Source: Eledone cirrhosa (lineage: Eukaryota). From it: a DNA stretch of 64,000 nt. The notes below the pieces were generated by a model. The model was not told the origin of the DNA. It saw only the letters and a program-made list of their open reading frames with translations, and ran no database searches. Positions 35,394-49,600 of the stretch are shown here, piece after piece (position 1 is the stretch's first letter; each line of letters starts with the position of its first letter). The translations under genes were made by a program, and so were the position numbers. The stretch is from the NCBI GenBank assembly GCA_964016885.1, contig OZ024745.1, forward strand, positions 67,766,001 through 67,830,000, in the 5' to 3' direction.

Positions 35394-38300
35394 AGTTTTG
35401 GTTGAAAATATTTTACAAGTAAGTAACCATACAAAGTGTTAAACATTTAATATTCCACAAAACAAATGTTACTGTTTTCTGTTTTAATGCATGTGTGCAG
35501 CAGTAATATTCATCTAATTGGAGTTTCCAGATGCTCAAGTATGCAACAGGTGCAACATAATCTAATGTTATTCATGAAATATTCAGCTCAAATACAAACA
35601 AAAAAAAAATTATGATGATAAGAATAACTGTACATCACAAAAGCAAACAAAATAACTGACTATTTTAATATTTAATCCTTTAGCATTTAAACCATTTGTA
35701 TCCGGCCAGAATTCTCTCACCTCTTTCTGTTCAAATCGGTTGTAATTGGCCACTCATACTGATGTTAAGGTATTGTTCTCAAAATAAATAATATCAAAAT
35801 CTCATAGATTCAATATTATGTGAGATAAATCCTTTACCATGAAAATATAATATGGAGTAATGTAAATGTTAAAAGGGTTAACAAAGAGAAAATTGTACGG
35901 GGAAACTTTCTAAAAAAAGGTGTCTATTTAATAATGGTATGAGTAACAACAAATATCTGGTTTCTAATTTAGACACAAAGCCAGAAATTTGGTAAGAGGG
36001 GAAAGTTGATTAAAATGACTCCTGTATTTGACTGGTACATTTTATCAATCTAGGAAAGATAAAAGGTAAAGTTGACCTTGGTGGGATATGAACTCAGAAC
36101 ATAAACAAGCTAGAAATAAAAAAAAATACAACTCATTACTACTAATAATAATTGTTTCTACTTTGGCACAAGGCCAGCAATTACCCAGTACATTACTGGT
36201 ACTTTATTTTATCGACCCCGTAAGGATGAAAGGCAAAGTTAACCTTGGCGGGAAGTAATGATTTCTAATTTAGGCACAAAGCCAGCAATATATATTTTTG
36301 TGTGTGTGTGCGTGTGTTGGGGGGGATTAAACTAGTAATTGGTTACCAAATACTCTTATAAAAGAGCAGCTTGTGCTATGTATAAGAGTTACATATGTTC
36401 AGATGGTTGCGGAGCTTAACATTAGGGTTGCAGGTTTCATCAGTGATACTAATAAGCATCACATTTAATATGTTAATTAGGATGTGAAAATGTATAATGT
36501 ATTTAAAACAAGCGATTAAAAAAATAATAAATAAAATGAAACAAAAACCATTCATCAACTCCTCTAAAAAAATGCTAAGTAAGAAAACCTGGTGATTCAA
36601 TAATTTATGAGATCTTATTCTCATTGAACACAAGGAGATATTTTAAGCTGGTGACCACATAAGGCATGATTCAGTCTGTTAGGGTGTTTTTTTTTTCTTT
36701 TTTTCTTTGACACTGGAAAAGATTGCAAATTTATCTTGCAGTGAAAATTTATAAGTATCAAGGTTAACAGAAAAGAGATGATATTTCTTCTTAGGGATGG
36801 GAGTTTCATAAGCAAATTAGTTTACCTAAGGAAATGATTTTAAACATTAAATATTTATTTCCCAAATACTTTACTTCTGTAGTTAGAGAGACAACATACA
36901 ATACATAATTATGTAAACTATATTCAAGCTTAAAAGTAAACATAAGGCACTCTGTTAAAGGTATTGATGTATTACATGGATCAACTCAAACTTCCAGTCA
37001 TTCATAACATCCTAAATCATTTGCTGTATAAAGAAATAAGCCAGAGGAAGAAAAAAAGGAGAGGAGTCAATCGTCAGATCAGACCAAGGAAAGAATGTTT
37101 CCATTGGTTTTTCCATTGCTGATACTATCTGCTGGTCACAACTCTTGGCAGAAGAAGCAATGTGAAATTTGCTTAAGAACACAACGTAATGCCTGCTCCA
37201 ACACCCTAAACACTAGGAAGTAATGGTTAACAGTCTGTCAGATGAACATATTCAAGAGATTCTTTAGAGTTGCTTATAATTTGCACTATACAATTTAAAC
37301 ATAAATAAAAATGTCCTGTGTCCAGAGGCTTATTCCAGCTCCATTTTTTTTTTTTAATTGATCATTCACAGGTTTTCTGAAACTGGACAGATTGATGTTG
37401 CTGTTTTGTTGCAATTTGACTCTTGTAAGAAAGATATAAGCAAGGAGGGAATTCCAGGGGCCAATATTCTGGGCAAGGACTAAGCATGGTGGTTAGTGCA
37501 GTGCATAGGGAGTTGGACACATGTGTGATGAAAGGAAGAAAGATGAGTGAGTTAACAGTACTTGAAGCCATTTAAGTTAAATGGGACATCAGTTTGTCAC
37601 ATTGCTAACTCCCAACTGCTGCTGGTACTCATTTTCAGTTGAATGAACTGGAGCAGCATGAAATAAAGTGTTTTGTTCAAGAACACAGTATGTTGCCCAT
37701 TCTGGGATTTGAACATGATGTTACAATTGTAAAATCAAACATATTAACCACTGAGCTATGTGCTTTCTTTTACTAACACAAACTAAGAAATGGAAAAATA
37801 ATTGTTTCATTTGGTTTCTCTTTTACAACTCTTTGAGTATATTAAAAGCAATAACAAGGGTATGTGTCCAAACATTTTCCTTAATAGTAAATCTTAAACA
37901 AAGAAACCATTTCATCTTCTATGTCCTGTAGTATGTTTGACTGATGAAAGAGCAGAGAGTATTCAAAGTTAAAGAGTATAAGTATGCTGTGGTATTTTAT
38001 TTTCATAAAATATCTTTAGCAGTTTGATAAATAGAGGTCAATAAAATAAACACTGGGGCTGATGTGATCGATTAAAATCCCTTTGAAATGGTTCCTTAAC
38101 ATGGTCCTAGTCCAAAGACTGAAACCAAAAGAACATCTAAAGAAAATAAGTGCTTGTTATGATAAGTAATGTTAAAAGTTAATAGATTTATAAACTCAAA
38201 TTTCTGTAGCATTAAGTAAACATACAAATCCTCCCCTGAATAAAATGCTAAGCTATCGCAAGAAACTTTCCAAAATCTTTCTTGTAACTATTCTGCAAAT

Positions 38301-39371
38301 CTAGGTGAACTGAGGCACATGAAATAAAATATGTTGCTCTAATACCTAATGGAATGCCTACAATGGATTTGTATACATAATTGGGTGATATGGGTATTGC
38401 ATGCAGAGGATGTGTGGTTAGAATGGAATGAGGCTAACATGGTCTGTTGGATGTGTAATGTTAGTGCGCATAAACAAAACACAGATGAACGGAAGAAAAG
38501 TTGGGGGTAAAAGGAATTAGATGCATTTACAAGAGAGAAGATTGTACTGGTATGGACATGTGATGCATATGGATGATGATAGTTTAGTGAAGAAGTACAA
38601 GGAGCTCCAAGTAGAAGGTAGCTGCAGAAGAGGAAAACCTAGGTAGAAGTGGTGAGAGCTGATCTCAGTATGATGAATTTCACAAAGGAGAAAATACATC
38701 AACCTCATGCCAGCATGGGAAAACACGTGTAAATGATGATGATGATGATGATGATGACAATGATGATGATAATGAGCCAGGAGTTTTACTAGTATATGTC
38801 ACACATTAACATAATTTAAGAAAGAAGTGAGGAAGAAACAGTCCATAGATATCTTAATCTTTTCTGAGGTTCATACAATGTTGATTAAGTTCCAGTTAAT
38901 AAAATCTAGAAAATTCTGTCTCACCTCATATCTCAAGTAAAAGATTTTGATCACTTACAATAACTATTTTAAAGACAAGTCATAGACAGAAACATTAGCA
39001 AACAAATCGAATTTAAATCCATTTGAAATAAAAACGACATTCTTTTCTTTAGTGTTCTGGCAAAAATGATAGATGGTTTAACAGACACACATTAATATTG
39101 ATAAACTACTTGTAACTATTTACTAAATGTGCTGGTATTTTAAATAGCTAGTGAATATACAGTGTTTCAAAAAATTAGATATAATTTCAGATGTAAATAT
39201 CCTAGGAACTACAAAGTCTAGGACAATATTTATATCTCAAATGATATCTTATTTTTTTAAACACCCTGTATATATATATATATATATATAAATAACAAAG
39301 GAAATGTGGTAAGGAACCAGGTGGACCATAACGCACCAAAGTACTCAATACTTAGGGTAGTAGAGTGGGTA

Positions 39372-39484
39372 ATAGGAACGAGTAGGACCCCGACAGCTGA
39401 GCTCAAGCCGTTTCGACGGCTAATTCTGTCCAGAATTAGCCGTCGAAACGGCTTGAGCTCAGCCGTCGGGGTCCTACTCGTTCC

Positions 39485-39487
<3 letters not shown>
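39372..39487. repeat. GC-rich palindrome, 57-bp arms, 2-nt spacer, one mismatch
   Basis: ATAGGAACGAGTAGGACCCCGACAGCTGAGCTCAAGCCGTTTCGACGGCTAATTCTG-TC-reverse complement; lies between (TA)n tracts. Confidence 0.95.
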
Positions 39488-39515
<28 letters not shown>

Positions 39516-41064
39516 GTATATATATATATAAATATATATATATAAGTATATGAATGCAAATGGGAGAATCAGAACTCATTACATGGGTTACATGGGCAGA
39601 GTGATTTCTATAATTTTATTATACCTGCAACGCCCAACTAATGACTCAATGCACCATTCAAACTTGTGATCCTTGAGTCATTGCTATAGTTTTGTAGCTA
39701 TAATAAAATATATTTTATCTATATATGTATATATAAGTATAAATGTATTAAATAACAACATCACTAACACAGCATTATTCAAAATAAAAATATATATGGA
39801 CCCATATATAGATGTTTCGTCATCATTTAGAATCTGTTTTCCCTGTTAGGAAGGGCTGGACAGTCTTCACAGACCAAGCCAGTACTCATGCAACGCTACT
39901 GTCTTCTCAGATGGGTTGAGGGCCTGCATCTGGCTTACATACAATCCTACGTTCAATCAAATGCATTTTATCATGATACCAACACTAGGGAGGTCTTTGG
40001 CACAACTGAAGGGTCTTCTTGACCGTTTGTTTGACAGGTTTTCTATGACTATTATAAACATACATCTAATCTGTTAACATTTAAGCTGTGAACATGTTGC
40101 AGCTACTTCAGTAAACAGAATAGGAGCTGTTAACATATTCTTTCCTTAACAGTTAGATGTTTCATCAGTTTTGACAATGAACATTCAACCATTCAATGAT
40201 CAACTGTATATCTAGCTTGTGAATTACATAAAAAAGGATGAGTATTCTACAGATATGTGTATCCTTGTTAAATCAGCATGACATAATATGTAGCAAGACT
40301 GGACCTTTGAATAACATCCAACAAGCTTCCAGTTCTCATTTACACACTTGCCTAAGATTAAACTGTGACCCTAATTTTGCAAAGAAAACTTCTTAACCAC
40401 TCAGCAATGCCTGTATCCATCACAGCTTAAATACTAACAGTGAGACTAGATGTATTTAACTAATTCCAGTCATTAGGCAGCGCTATTATTTAGACGATCA
40501 TACTGACCTCAGTACCTATTTTATCAGTTGCCTTTTTGTGAAACTGCTAAGCCATGGGACATAAACCCAAATATAGGCACAAACGTAAACATATATAAAT
40601 ACATAAACACACACACACACACAAATATACACATAAAAGGCTTCTGCAGTTTCTGTTAACCAAATTCCACTCACAAGGCATTGGTCAACCTAAGAAAGTA
40701 TTTGCTGAAGGTGCCAAGCAGAGGAACTGAACTCAGAACCACATGGTTATGAAGCAAACTCGTTAACACAGGTATGTCTAAGTCTGTTTATTTTATATAC
40801 ACACATCATATATGAGTTCATATACAACTTTATCATGTACCCATGTGTGTATATTATATTTGGTGGTTCTCTAGTAGATATACAACATTAGCACTCATTT
40901 GAACCAAAGACTAGTCAATAGACATGCATGCCAACTAAGAAAAGAAAGAAGAGGACACAGGCTGGGTTTAGGAAAATCATCATTTATATATAACCTTTGT
41001 GTTAAAAAATGATCTGCAGTCTTAAAACAAAGTGCATATAAATAAAACATACACATACCTTATA

Positions 41065-41072
41065 TATACATG

Positions 41073-41123
<51 letters not shown>

Positions 41124-41156
41124 CGGATTACCTTTAACAATATCTTGTTATCTTAT

Positions 41157-41189
<33 letters not shown>

Positions 41190-41199
41190 CATGTATTAT

Positions 41200-41231
<32 letters not shown>

Positions 41232-41245
41232 CATGTATTATATAT

Positions 41246-41288
<43 letters not shown>

Positions 41289-41295
41289 TATATAT

Positions 41296-41338
<43 letters not shown>

Positions 41339-41343
41339 TATAT

Positions 41344-41377
<34 letters not shown>

Positions 41378-41389
41378 CATGTATTATAT

Positions 41390-41423
<34 letters not shown>

Positions 41424-41555
41424 CATACAACATTTATATATACATATATATATATATACATACATATAAACATACATATACATTATATATATATATATAT
41501 ATATAATATATATAATATACAAACATATATACGCATATATATATACATATATACA
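41065..41555. repeat. Compound (TA)n satellite with recurrent ACATGTATTA spacer
   Basis: ACATGTATTA recurs every ~40-50 bp between TA runs. Confidence 0.9.
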
Positions 41556-42344
41556 ACCCATTTTATGTGCATACACTTATGACCCTCCTAAGTACACATG
41601 AAGTTTATTATTTGATGTATTACTATTATTATTATTTGTCATATACAAATTTTATTTGTAGACAGGCAATCATTACATCACACACACAGCCAACACCATA
41701 TATAATGCAGTTCTATATTTACACACTGATACATAATGTGTGTGTATGTGTGTGTGTGGTGTATGTATTTATATATACATTTGTGTGTGTGTATTCACAC
41801 TCATGTATAACACCAGTCATCCATTGATTAATGGTCCAACACTTCTTTTTGAAATGTAACAAAAAAGAAAAAAACTGAAATTTAAAGCAGGTTTCGTGGG
41901 TGTCTTAATGATAGTGGCCCCCAATCCTATCATGAAAAGTAATATGAAATGAAGGCATTTTCCTCAAGATCACATGCTGCCCAGTTCAGAAAGTGAACCT
42001 AAAACTTTATGACTATAGGTCCAATACCCTAACAACTAGACCTAATATCGACCCCCTTTTTACCTGGATATAATTACAGGGGAGACACTGAACTAGTTAA
42101 TACACATTAGGCAACTACTGCATGGCATTAAATATATGCAGCTTCAACATCATTATCATCATCATTTTACATCTGTTTGCCATGTTGGCATGAGTTAGTT
42201 GAAGGGTAGGGAAAGTTTTTCCAACTTTGTAATAAGTTCCTAGTGAAATATATGAAATTATATGGTCTTTCAAAATGCATAATCCAGCAGTAGTGTGGAA
42301 CCAAGAGTGCCAGAAAATCAGTGTTGTATCTGTGTGTATGTATA

Positions 42345-42426
<82 letters not shown>

Positions 42427-42512
42427 CACACACACATATATATAAACATGCATATACACATATATATATAAACATGTATATATATAAATACATACACACA
42501 GACATGCCTATC

Positions 42513-42554
<42 letters not shown>

Positions 42555-43319
42555 TGCTATTGTTTAGGAGTGAAATAAATTTTAGAAAAAGACCAACCAA
42601 TGCTATGATGTAAGAATAGGAATCCCTAAGGTTGCACTTCTGATTTTCTTCCAAAACCCCTTTCTTTTAAAAATTTATGACTTTATGAATACTAAGAGTA
42701 ACTCTTTCATTTTGCTTGTTTTGTTATAGTTGTTTTTCTTTTAAAATTTCCATGTGTGTGTTTTGTATATAATTCTTTTTCACATTATTTTTTTGCAAAA
42801 GAAAAATGAGTTTAATCAAACAATTCTGATTAACCCTTTATATACCAAACTGCCTGAAATTGCCCTAGGTTTTATGATACATAATTGTTTGTTTTAAAGT
42901 GTATTTATTTATTTATTTAAAAACCTTCCATCATAATTTTATGTAAGAACATTTGTTATATTACATTCCAAACACCAGCCTAATAATTATGACAAAGTTA
43001 TGTTATATTACTAAATCTGTCCAAATTCTTGATTCTTTTCAAAATGATTTGAAAATTACAGGCAGCATCTTTCATTACAAATATGGTAATGAAACGGTTA
43101 ACTATTTCAAACAGGTGATGTTACTAGAGTTTGACAGATAAATAGTATCTTTTGTTTTTATTATTACTTTGTTCAGCCTCCTTCACCAATGGTGGTTATT
43201 CAATATATAGTAGTTTTGTAGAGACAAATTTCTTTCAATTTGTTGGTAAATGACTTTTTTTTTCTTTATCTTTAAAAGGAGTATATATAAATATATATAT
43301 ATATATGTATGTATGTATG

Positions 43320-43369
<50 letters not shown>

Positions 43370-43602
43370 TATACACATAAAATTCAACCTTTCAATCTGG
43401 TACTGAATTTTGACCAACAGTTAAAAGGTAACAAAGCAAATTTAATGGCTGGTGATCAGTGGTATTTCAAAGAAAGAAAATATTGTCTTTTTCTCCTTCA
43501 TACTTGAGTTAGTTCAATTAAACACCTTGATTTATCTTTCTTTCATATTTTGTGTGAGTTTTCTTGTTTTTTTACTTCTTTGCAGAAATGTCTTTGTTCC
43601 TT

Positions 43603-46600
43603 TTACTTTGTAGTAGGTATTGACTGTGATTGTGATGAAGTTGTTGATGTGTTAACTGGAGTTGCATTAGCTTCTGTCATAACGGTGACATACGTGGTCG
43701 TAGCAACTGGGGCTGGGGTCAGAGCTTGGGCTGATGCTGGGGTTGAGGCTGGGGCTGGAGTTGGGGTTGGGGTTGAGGTTGGAGTTGGGGTTGAGGTTGG
43801 GGTTGGGGTTGGGGTTGTGGTTGCGGTTGTGGTTGTGGGTTTGGTTGGTGTTGTGGTTGGGGAAGGGGAAGATGCACTCACTGGCGATTTAGTTATCCGT
43901 CTTGATGCTGAAGGAAATGCTAATGTTGAAGTGGAGACCAAACCCCGTGTAGGAAGGCGTCGAAGTGCATTCTTATGCTGCATGTCCCACATGGTTTTTG
44001 GCTTATTCAATGTCTTTGGTGATGATTTCGACACAACTGTAGACAAGGGGGACTTCGAATATGATGTTGAAACATAAGATGGGTGTGATGACGATGATTG
44101 TGACGGTGAAATCACTTGTGACAAAACTGGATGAGAAACTTTGAAATATTCTTTGTGAGAAGAGGATCCTTGGTGTGAATTACTCGAATTTGGTGAAACA
44201 AGGATCATATCGTTATTCTCATTAAACATCACAGTCATCACTGTATCAGATGCAGTTGAAGATGAGTTGACAGCAATTTCAGGTCCTGAAATGCTTGGCA
44301 TCTGAAGATTGTCTTCCACCTTGATATCTCGAACAGTATATCGAACACTTTCCACAGGAACTTCTTTCTTCAGTTTTGGTGGTTCAGAAAATTGGTCAGG
44401 CATCAGTTTCTCCTGTGTAACGGCGATGGCATTAACTGCTTTTAACGTCTCATCAATAGTTTCAGAGATGTTAGGGCCTTGAGATTTCTTCAAATTATCA
44501 GTAGATAACAACTTATTGGTAGTGACTTTGTTATCTTCGGAGGTACTACTGGCAATGTTACTATTATTACTAGCTTTCATTAAAGTGCTCTCTATCATAG
44601 ATTCTTCCTCTTCATCATCATCCCATGTGAAAGGCTGAGCAGCAGGATCCTTGAGAGGTTTACGAACCCAAGACTGATGTTGTTTGTCAGGATCAGTTGC
44701 TGGTTCAAACAGCTCTGCAGAAGGAGTTGGATCTGATAATGTTGGGGAAGGAAGATTTTTGGTCAGTAATGTGGATTCTCTTTTTTCAGGACTTGGTGTC
44801 ATGATTGCTTTTTGTATTTCAGGTAAAGCCTTCATAATTGCAGGAGATTGAGTAACATCTGTGGCTATTCTCAACCTTTTCAGTGGTGGCGAACCTTGTT
44901 GGCCAACCATCTTAGCAATTTGGTTAGGGTCACTGACAACTTTAAGCATACCATCTTGTTCAGTAAGAACAAGTGTCTTTACAACACCACTACCACTGCT
45001 AGATTGGCTAGGAGATTCGTAACGGCGTTTCAACACTGGCTGAGAACGTTCAATCTTCTTCGCATGATGTCCATAGTAATTGGATGTTTCTGCAGGAGTG
45101 GCATATTCAGAAGAAGACACACTAACAATGTAATATTCTGGAGAGCGGAAATCAATATCTTTGTGATGAGTCAAATGACATTTTGTATCAGACCAATAGT
45201 AACTTGAATAATTACATAACCTACATCTAAATCTATCTAAGCCTAAATGCTTAGCAGCATGTCTTTTAAGATGTTGTAAATAAGAGAATGTTTGATTACA
45301 TTCCAGACAACGGAGAGCTTGAAAGTCAGATATTTCTTCAATCCTACGATTCTGTGTACAGAGTTGTACATGACGTTCAAAATGTTGCCGAACTGAGTAG
45401 TACCTTTTACAAGAATAACACTGAAAATTACCAATTTTTGTAAGCTCTGATTTGAAGATTTTGCTTGGTGTCTGGCACAGTTTTTCTAAATTAGTGACAG
45501 TTGATTTAACACATTCAGAGGGTTTTCCAGGTGTTTTGGAAACCCAGAAAGTTTCTAACTTTACAGGTTGAATCAAATTAAGATCAATACAATGTTCCAT
45601 TTCTCTGTTTGCAGCGGCATTTTGGTTTTCTAACAATTCAGAGCGCAAAGGTCTCTCACCACTAAGCTTCTCTATGTTACTTCCTGGCACATGATGAGCG
45701 ATGCCAGTACCATCCGCAGGTCTGTGATCTTTTTTAGTTTTATATGACACAATTTTGGTGAAAGTTCTTGGTCTGCCTCGAGGTTTCTTGTTTTTAGTTT
45801 CTTTTACAGAAACGGCAGGCCGTTTCTTGCATGTCTTCACATGAACCTTGATCGTTGACTTCTTTCTAAACGTTTTAGAACAGAAAGAGCATTTGAAAAG
45901 CATGCGTCTTTTATTCTTGATTTCTTTCTTGTGCACCACTTCAACCACAGATGTCTTGCGAAGTTTTGTTTGTATTTTTTGTATTTGATGGCGTTTCAGA
46001 CCATGAGCTGAACGTAAATGGCCTATGAGGCCTGAAAAATATCGAAGAATCTTAGGTTTCCTTTTACAATAAGGACATTTATAGTTCTTCTCAGGCATTG
46101 CTTCCTCATTGCTTCTCTCTGATCGTTTGACAGCTTCAATAACAGGGAATGAAGCAGACATGTCTTGTTCATCAACCCAGCAATTTTTCATTAAATTCCT
46201 CCACATAGGAAGTAGCTGTTTGTCTTTGAGGAAATGTGGGTCTCTTAAATGCAAAATAAGATCAGAAAATGTTTCAAGACGAGTTTCCTTTTGACAAATA
46301 GGGCAGACAAAATGTCCTCTTGATTCTGCCAAATGTTTAGACATGTGATTAGCGAGCTTAGTCATATTGGTCAGCTCAAGACCACAATCTGGACAACGCA
46401 ATCTGTTTCTTAACTCATACCTCTCTGGATCATTTAGATCTTTATTGTCCAGGTCCAGTTCTCCAGATGTTTTTGGCTTATCAGCAGCAGCAGCATCTTT
46501 CTCCGCTGCACCAGCTTCTTTTTCTTTTTCAGGTTGCACATTTTTGTCATTAACATCCAGGACAATATCTAATTCATTTGTCTTACTAGCTGGATCCCCT

Positions 46601-49600
46601 GCCTTTGGTTGAGATTGTGTCTTGTCTTCTTTGAAGCGCTGGTAAGCATCCAAAACACCAGCAATTAAAGGATTTAGCTTATCTGAAGCATCATTCTTAT
46701 TGCTTTCATTAACATCCTTTAATTCCGATGTGTTTGGAATGCTGATATTTTGCGGCTCGCCAAGCACTTGGGAATTTGCATCTTGATTAGATTCATTTTT
46801 CTTATCTGCGTCTTTATTTTTAGCAACCAGAGTTGGGGTATCATTTTTATCAACAATTGGCTCTGTCTGATTTGATGCTGAAGCACTGTTTACAGCTGCA
46901 ACTTGCTCAGTTGACTTTTCAGAGCTGGTAACTTTCTTAAGAGTCATATTGTTTTCGTCTGATTTTACAGCAGCTGTTACAACTACCTTTTTAACATCTC
47001 CTGTTGTTATGGTACTATCTCTTGTCTCAGTTGCCATGTCTCTCCTCTGAACAATACTAGGTTTTTTCTCAACAGGCTTTGTTTCAGTTGCCATATCTCT
47101 CTTCTGAACACCACTGCTATCTTTTCTCTCAACAGGCTTTGTTTCAGTTGCCATGTCTCTCTTCTGAACACCAATGCTATCTTTTCTCTCAACAGGCTTT
47201 GTTCCTGTTGCCATATCTTTCTTCTGAAAACTATTATCTTTTTTCTCAACAGGTTTTGGTTCCGTTGCCATATCTTTCTTCTGAACACCAGTGCTATCTT
47301 TTCTCTCAACAGGCTTTGTTTCAGTTGCCATATCCTTCCTTTGAACACTGCTACTATCTTTCTTCTCAACAGGCTTTGTTTCAGTTGCCATATCTCTTTT
47401 CTGAACACCACTGCTATCTTTTTTCTCAACAGGCTTTGTTTCGGTTGCCATATCTCTCTTCTGAACACCAATGCTATCTTTTCTCTCAACAGACCTTGTC
47501 TCAGTTGCCATATCTTTCTTTTGGGCACTGTTATCTTTTTTCTCAACAGGTTTTGGCTCAGTTGCCATATCTTTTTTCTGAACACCAGTGCTGTTTCTTT
47601 TCTCCATGGGCTTTGTTTCAGTTGCCATATCTCTCTTCTGAACACCACTACTATTATCTTTTTTCATAACAGGTTTTGGATCAGTTGCCACATCCTTCTT
47701 CTGATCACTGCTTTCTTTTTTCTCAGCTGTAACTGCTTTTTCTTGACTAGTAGTAGGTTTTGTCTCAGTAGCAATAGTCTTCTTTTCAACAATGATCACT
47801 TTTTTTCCAATGGAAAAAGGTTTTTCAGGAAAACTAGAAGATTTTGACTCAACAACTATCTTTTTCTCAGGTGTGGAATCTTTTTTCCTAGTAACAATAC
47901 TACTTTTCTCTTGAGAATCTTTATTCTCAACCATACTATTTTCTTTATCTAAATTAACATTGGCTTTCTCAGAAACAGTATTTTTTTTCTGAATGGTGGT
48001 ACTACTGGTTTTCTCAGCATCTGCTTCTTTTACCTGAACACTCCCCTTTTCCTGTTGAACAGCAACGTCTTTCTTCTCAGTGGGCACATCATTTTTCTCA
48101 ACAGCAACGTCTTTCTTCTCAGTGGGCACATCATTTTTCTCAACAGCAACGTCTTTCTTCTCAGTGGGCACATCATTTTTCTCAACAGCAACGTCTTTCT
48201 TCTCAGTGGGCACATCATTTTTCTCAACAGCAACGTCTTTCTTCTCAGTGGGCACATCATTTTTCTCAACAGCAACGTCTTTCTTCTCAGTGGGCACATC
48301 ATTTTTCTCAACAGCAACGTCTTTAGTCTTCACAGTTATACCTTTTTTCTCAGCAACAGTGTCTTTTGTAGAAGACCCCACATCTTTTTTCTCAGCTGTA
48401 TCATTCTTCTGAATGGCTGCATTGTTTGGTACTTGTGCATCTTTTTGCTTAATTGTGCTAGTTTCATTCTTCTCATCTACTTCCATTTTTTCCACATGAG
48501 AATTCCCTTTCTGGGTCTGAGTAGTTAGATTCTTCGCTACAGCTGATCTTGTTCCAATAGTAACTTCAATTTTCTCAACACCACCAGAACTTTCATCTTT
48601 ACTAACATCCATTTTCTCAGAAGTGTCTTTCAAACTATTAGTATTTACTTTTCTTGGAGGAGGTTGTCTCTTTTTATCCAAACTTTCTTTCTTTTGGGTT
48701 ACACTTCCTCGTTTTTCAAGCTCCTTTTTATGAGAGGATTCTTTCTCAGAAGAGCTGCTCTGTTTTTCTTGTTTTGCAGAAGTACTTTCCCTTCTTTCTC
48801 TGCGATGTTGGGATGTTTCTCGTTTTTCTGAAGATAGATCTTTCTTGTGAGTTGCTTCTCTCTTTTCAGATGAATTATCTCTCCTATGAGAAGAGCTATC
48901 TCTCCTATGAGAAGCACTTTCTCTTCTGTGAGCAGAACTTTCTCTTCTATGGCTGCTACTCTCTCTTCTAGATGGAGTAACATCTCGTCTATGAGAGCTG
49001 CTATTTCTTTTCTGTGGTATTGTGTCTTTCTTTTCTGACAGACTTTGACGTTTTGAACTAGAGCTGTCTCTTTTATCACTGACACTATCTTTCCTCTTTT
49101 GTGGAATGCTCTCCTTTTTATGACTACTGCCTCGCTTCTGATTAGTTGCAGTGTCTTTGTCATCTTTCTTTGAAATAACACTCTCCTTGTTCTGTACATC
49201 TTTCTTATGAGAATTCCTCAGTTTCATAGGGTCATTATTTTCAACAGGTTTTACCTCTTCCTTAGGTGGCACTTCAGAAGATTTTGGTTCAATGCTTTCA
49301 GAGGAATCTGCTTTAACTTTTGATTTTGGATCAACAGTCTTGGAAATTGGCTTCTCTGGTGATGGTTCTTTAGCTGAAGGGGGAATTTCATTGGACTTTT
49401 CATTGGTGGCAGGTCTAGCATTTTCACTGGTACTTTTGTCAATTTCTTTTTCTTTTCTAGGTACAGGAACATCAAAGCTAATGAGATATTGAAGGCAGCT
49501 AACTTTTTTGTGGTCGAGGAAGCTTTTCATAGTACGAAACAAATTCCTACATACTTTACATTCCAATATGATATCACACTCATAACTGAGGCAATGCTTT

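Noticed and set aside
36405-36447. CTGATGA on the minus strand (also ~40161, ~19005, and plus strand 17647, 37941)
   Set aside because: No correctly placed GAAA or closing stems.
43550-49492. Overlapping and antisense ORFs within the zinc-finger gene
   Set aside because: Shadow frames of repetitive coding sequence.
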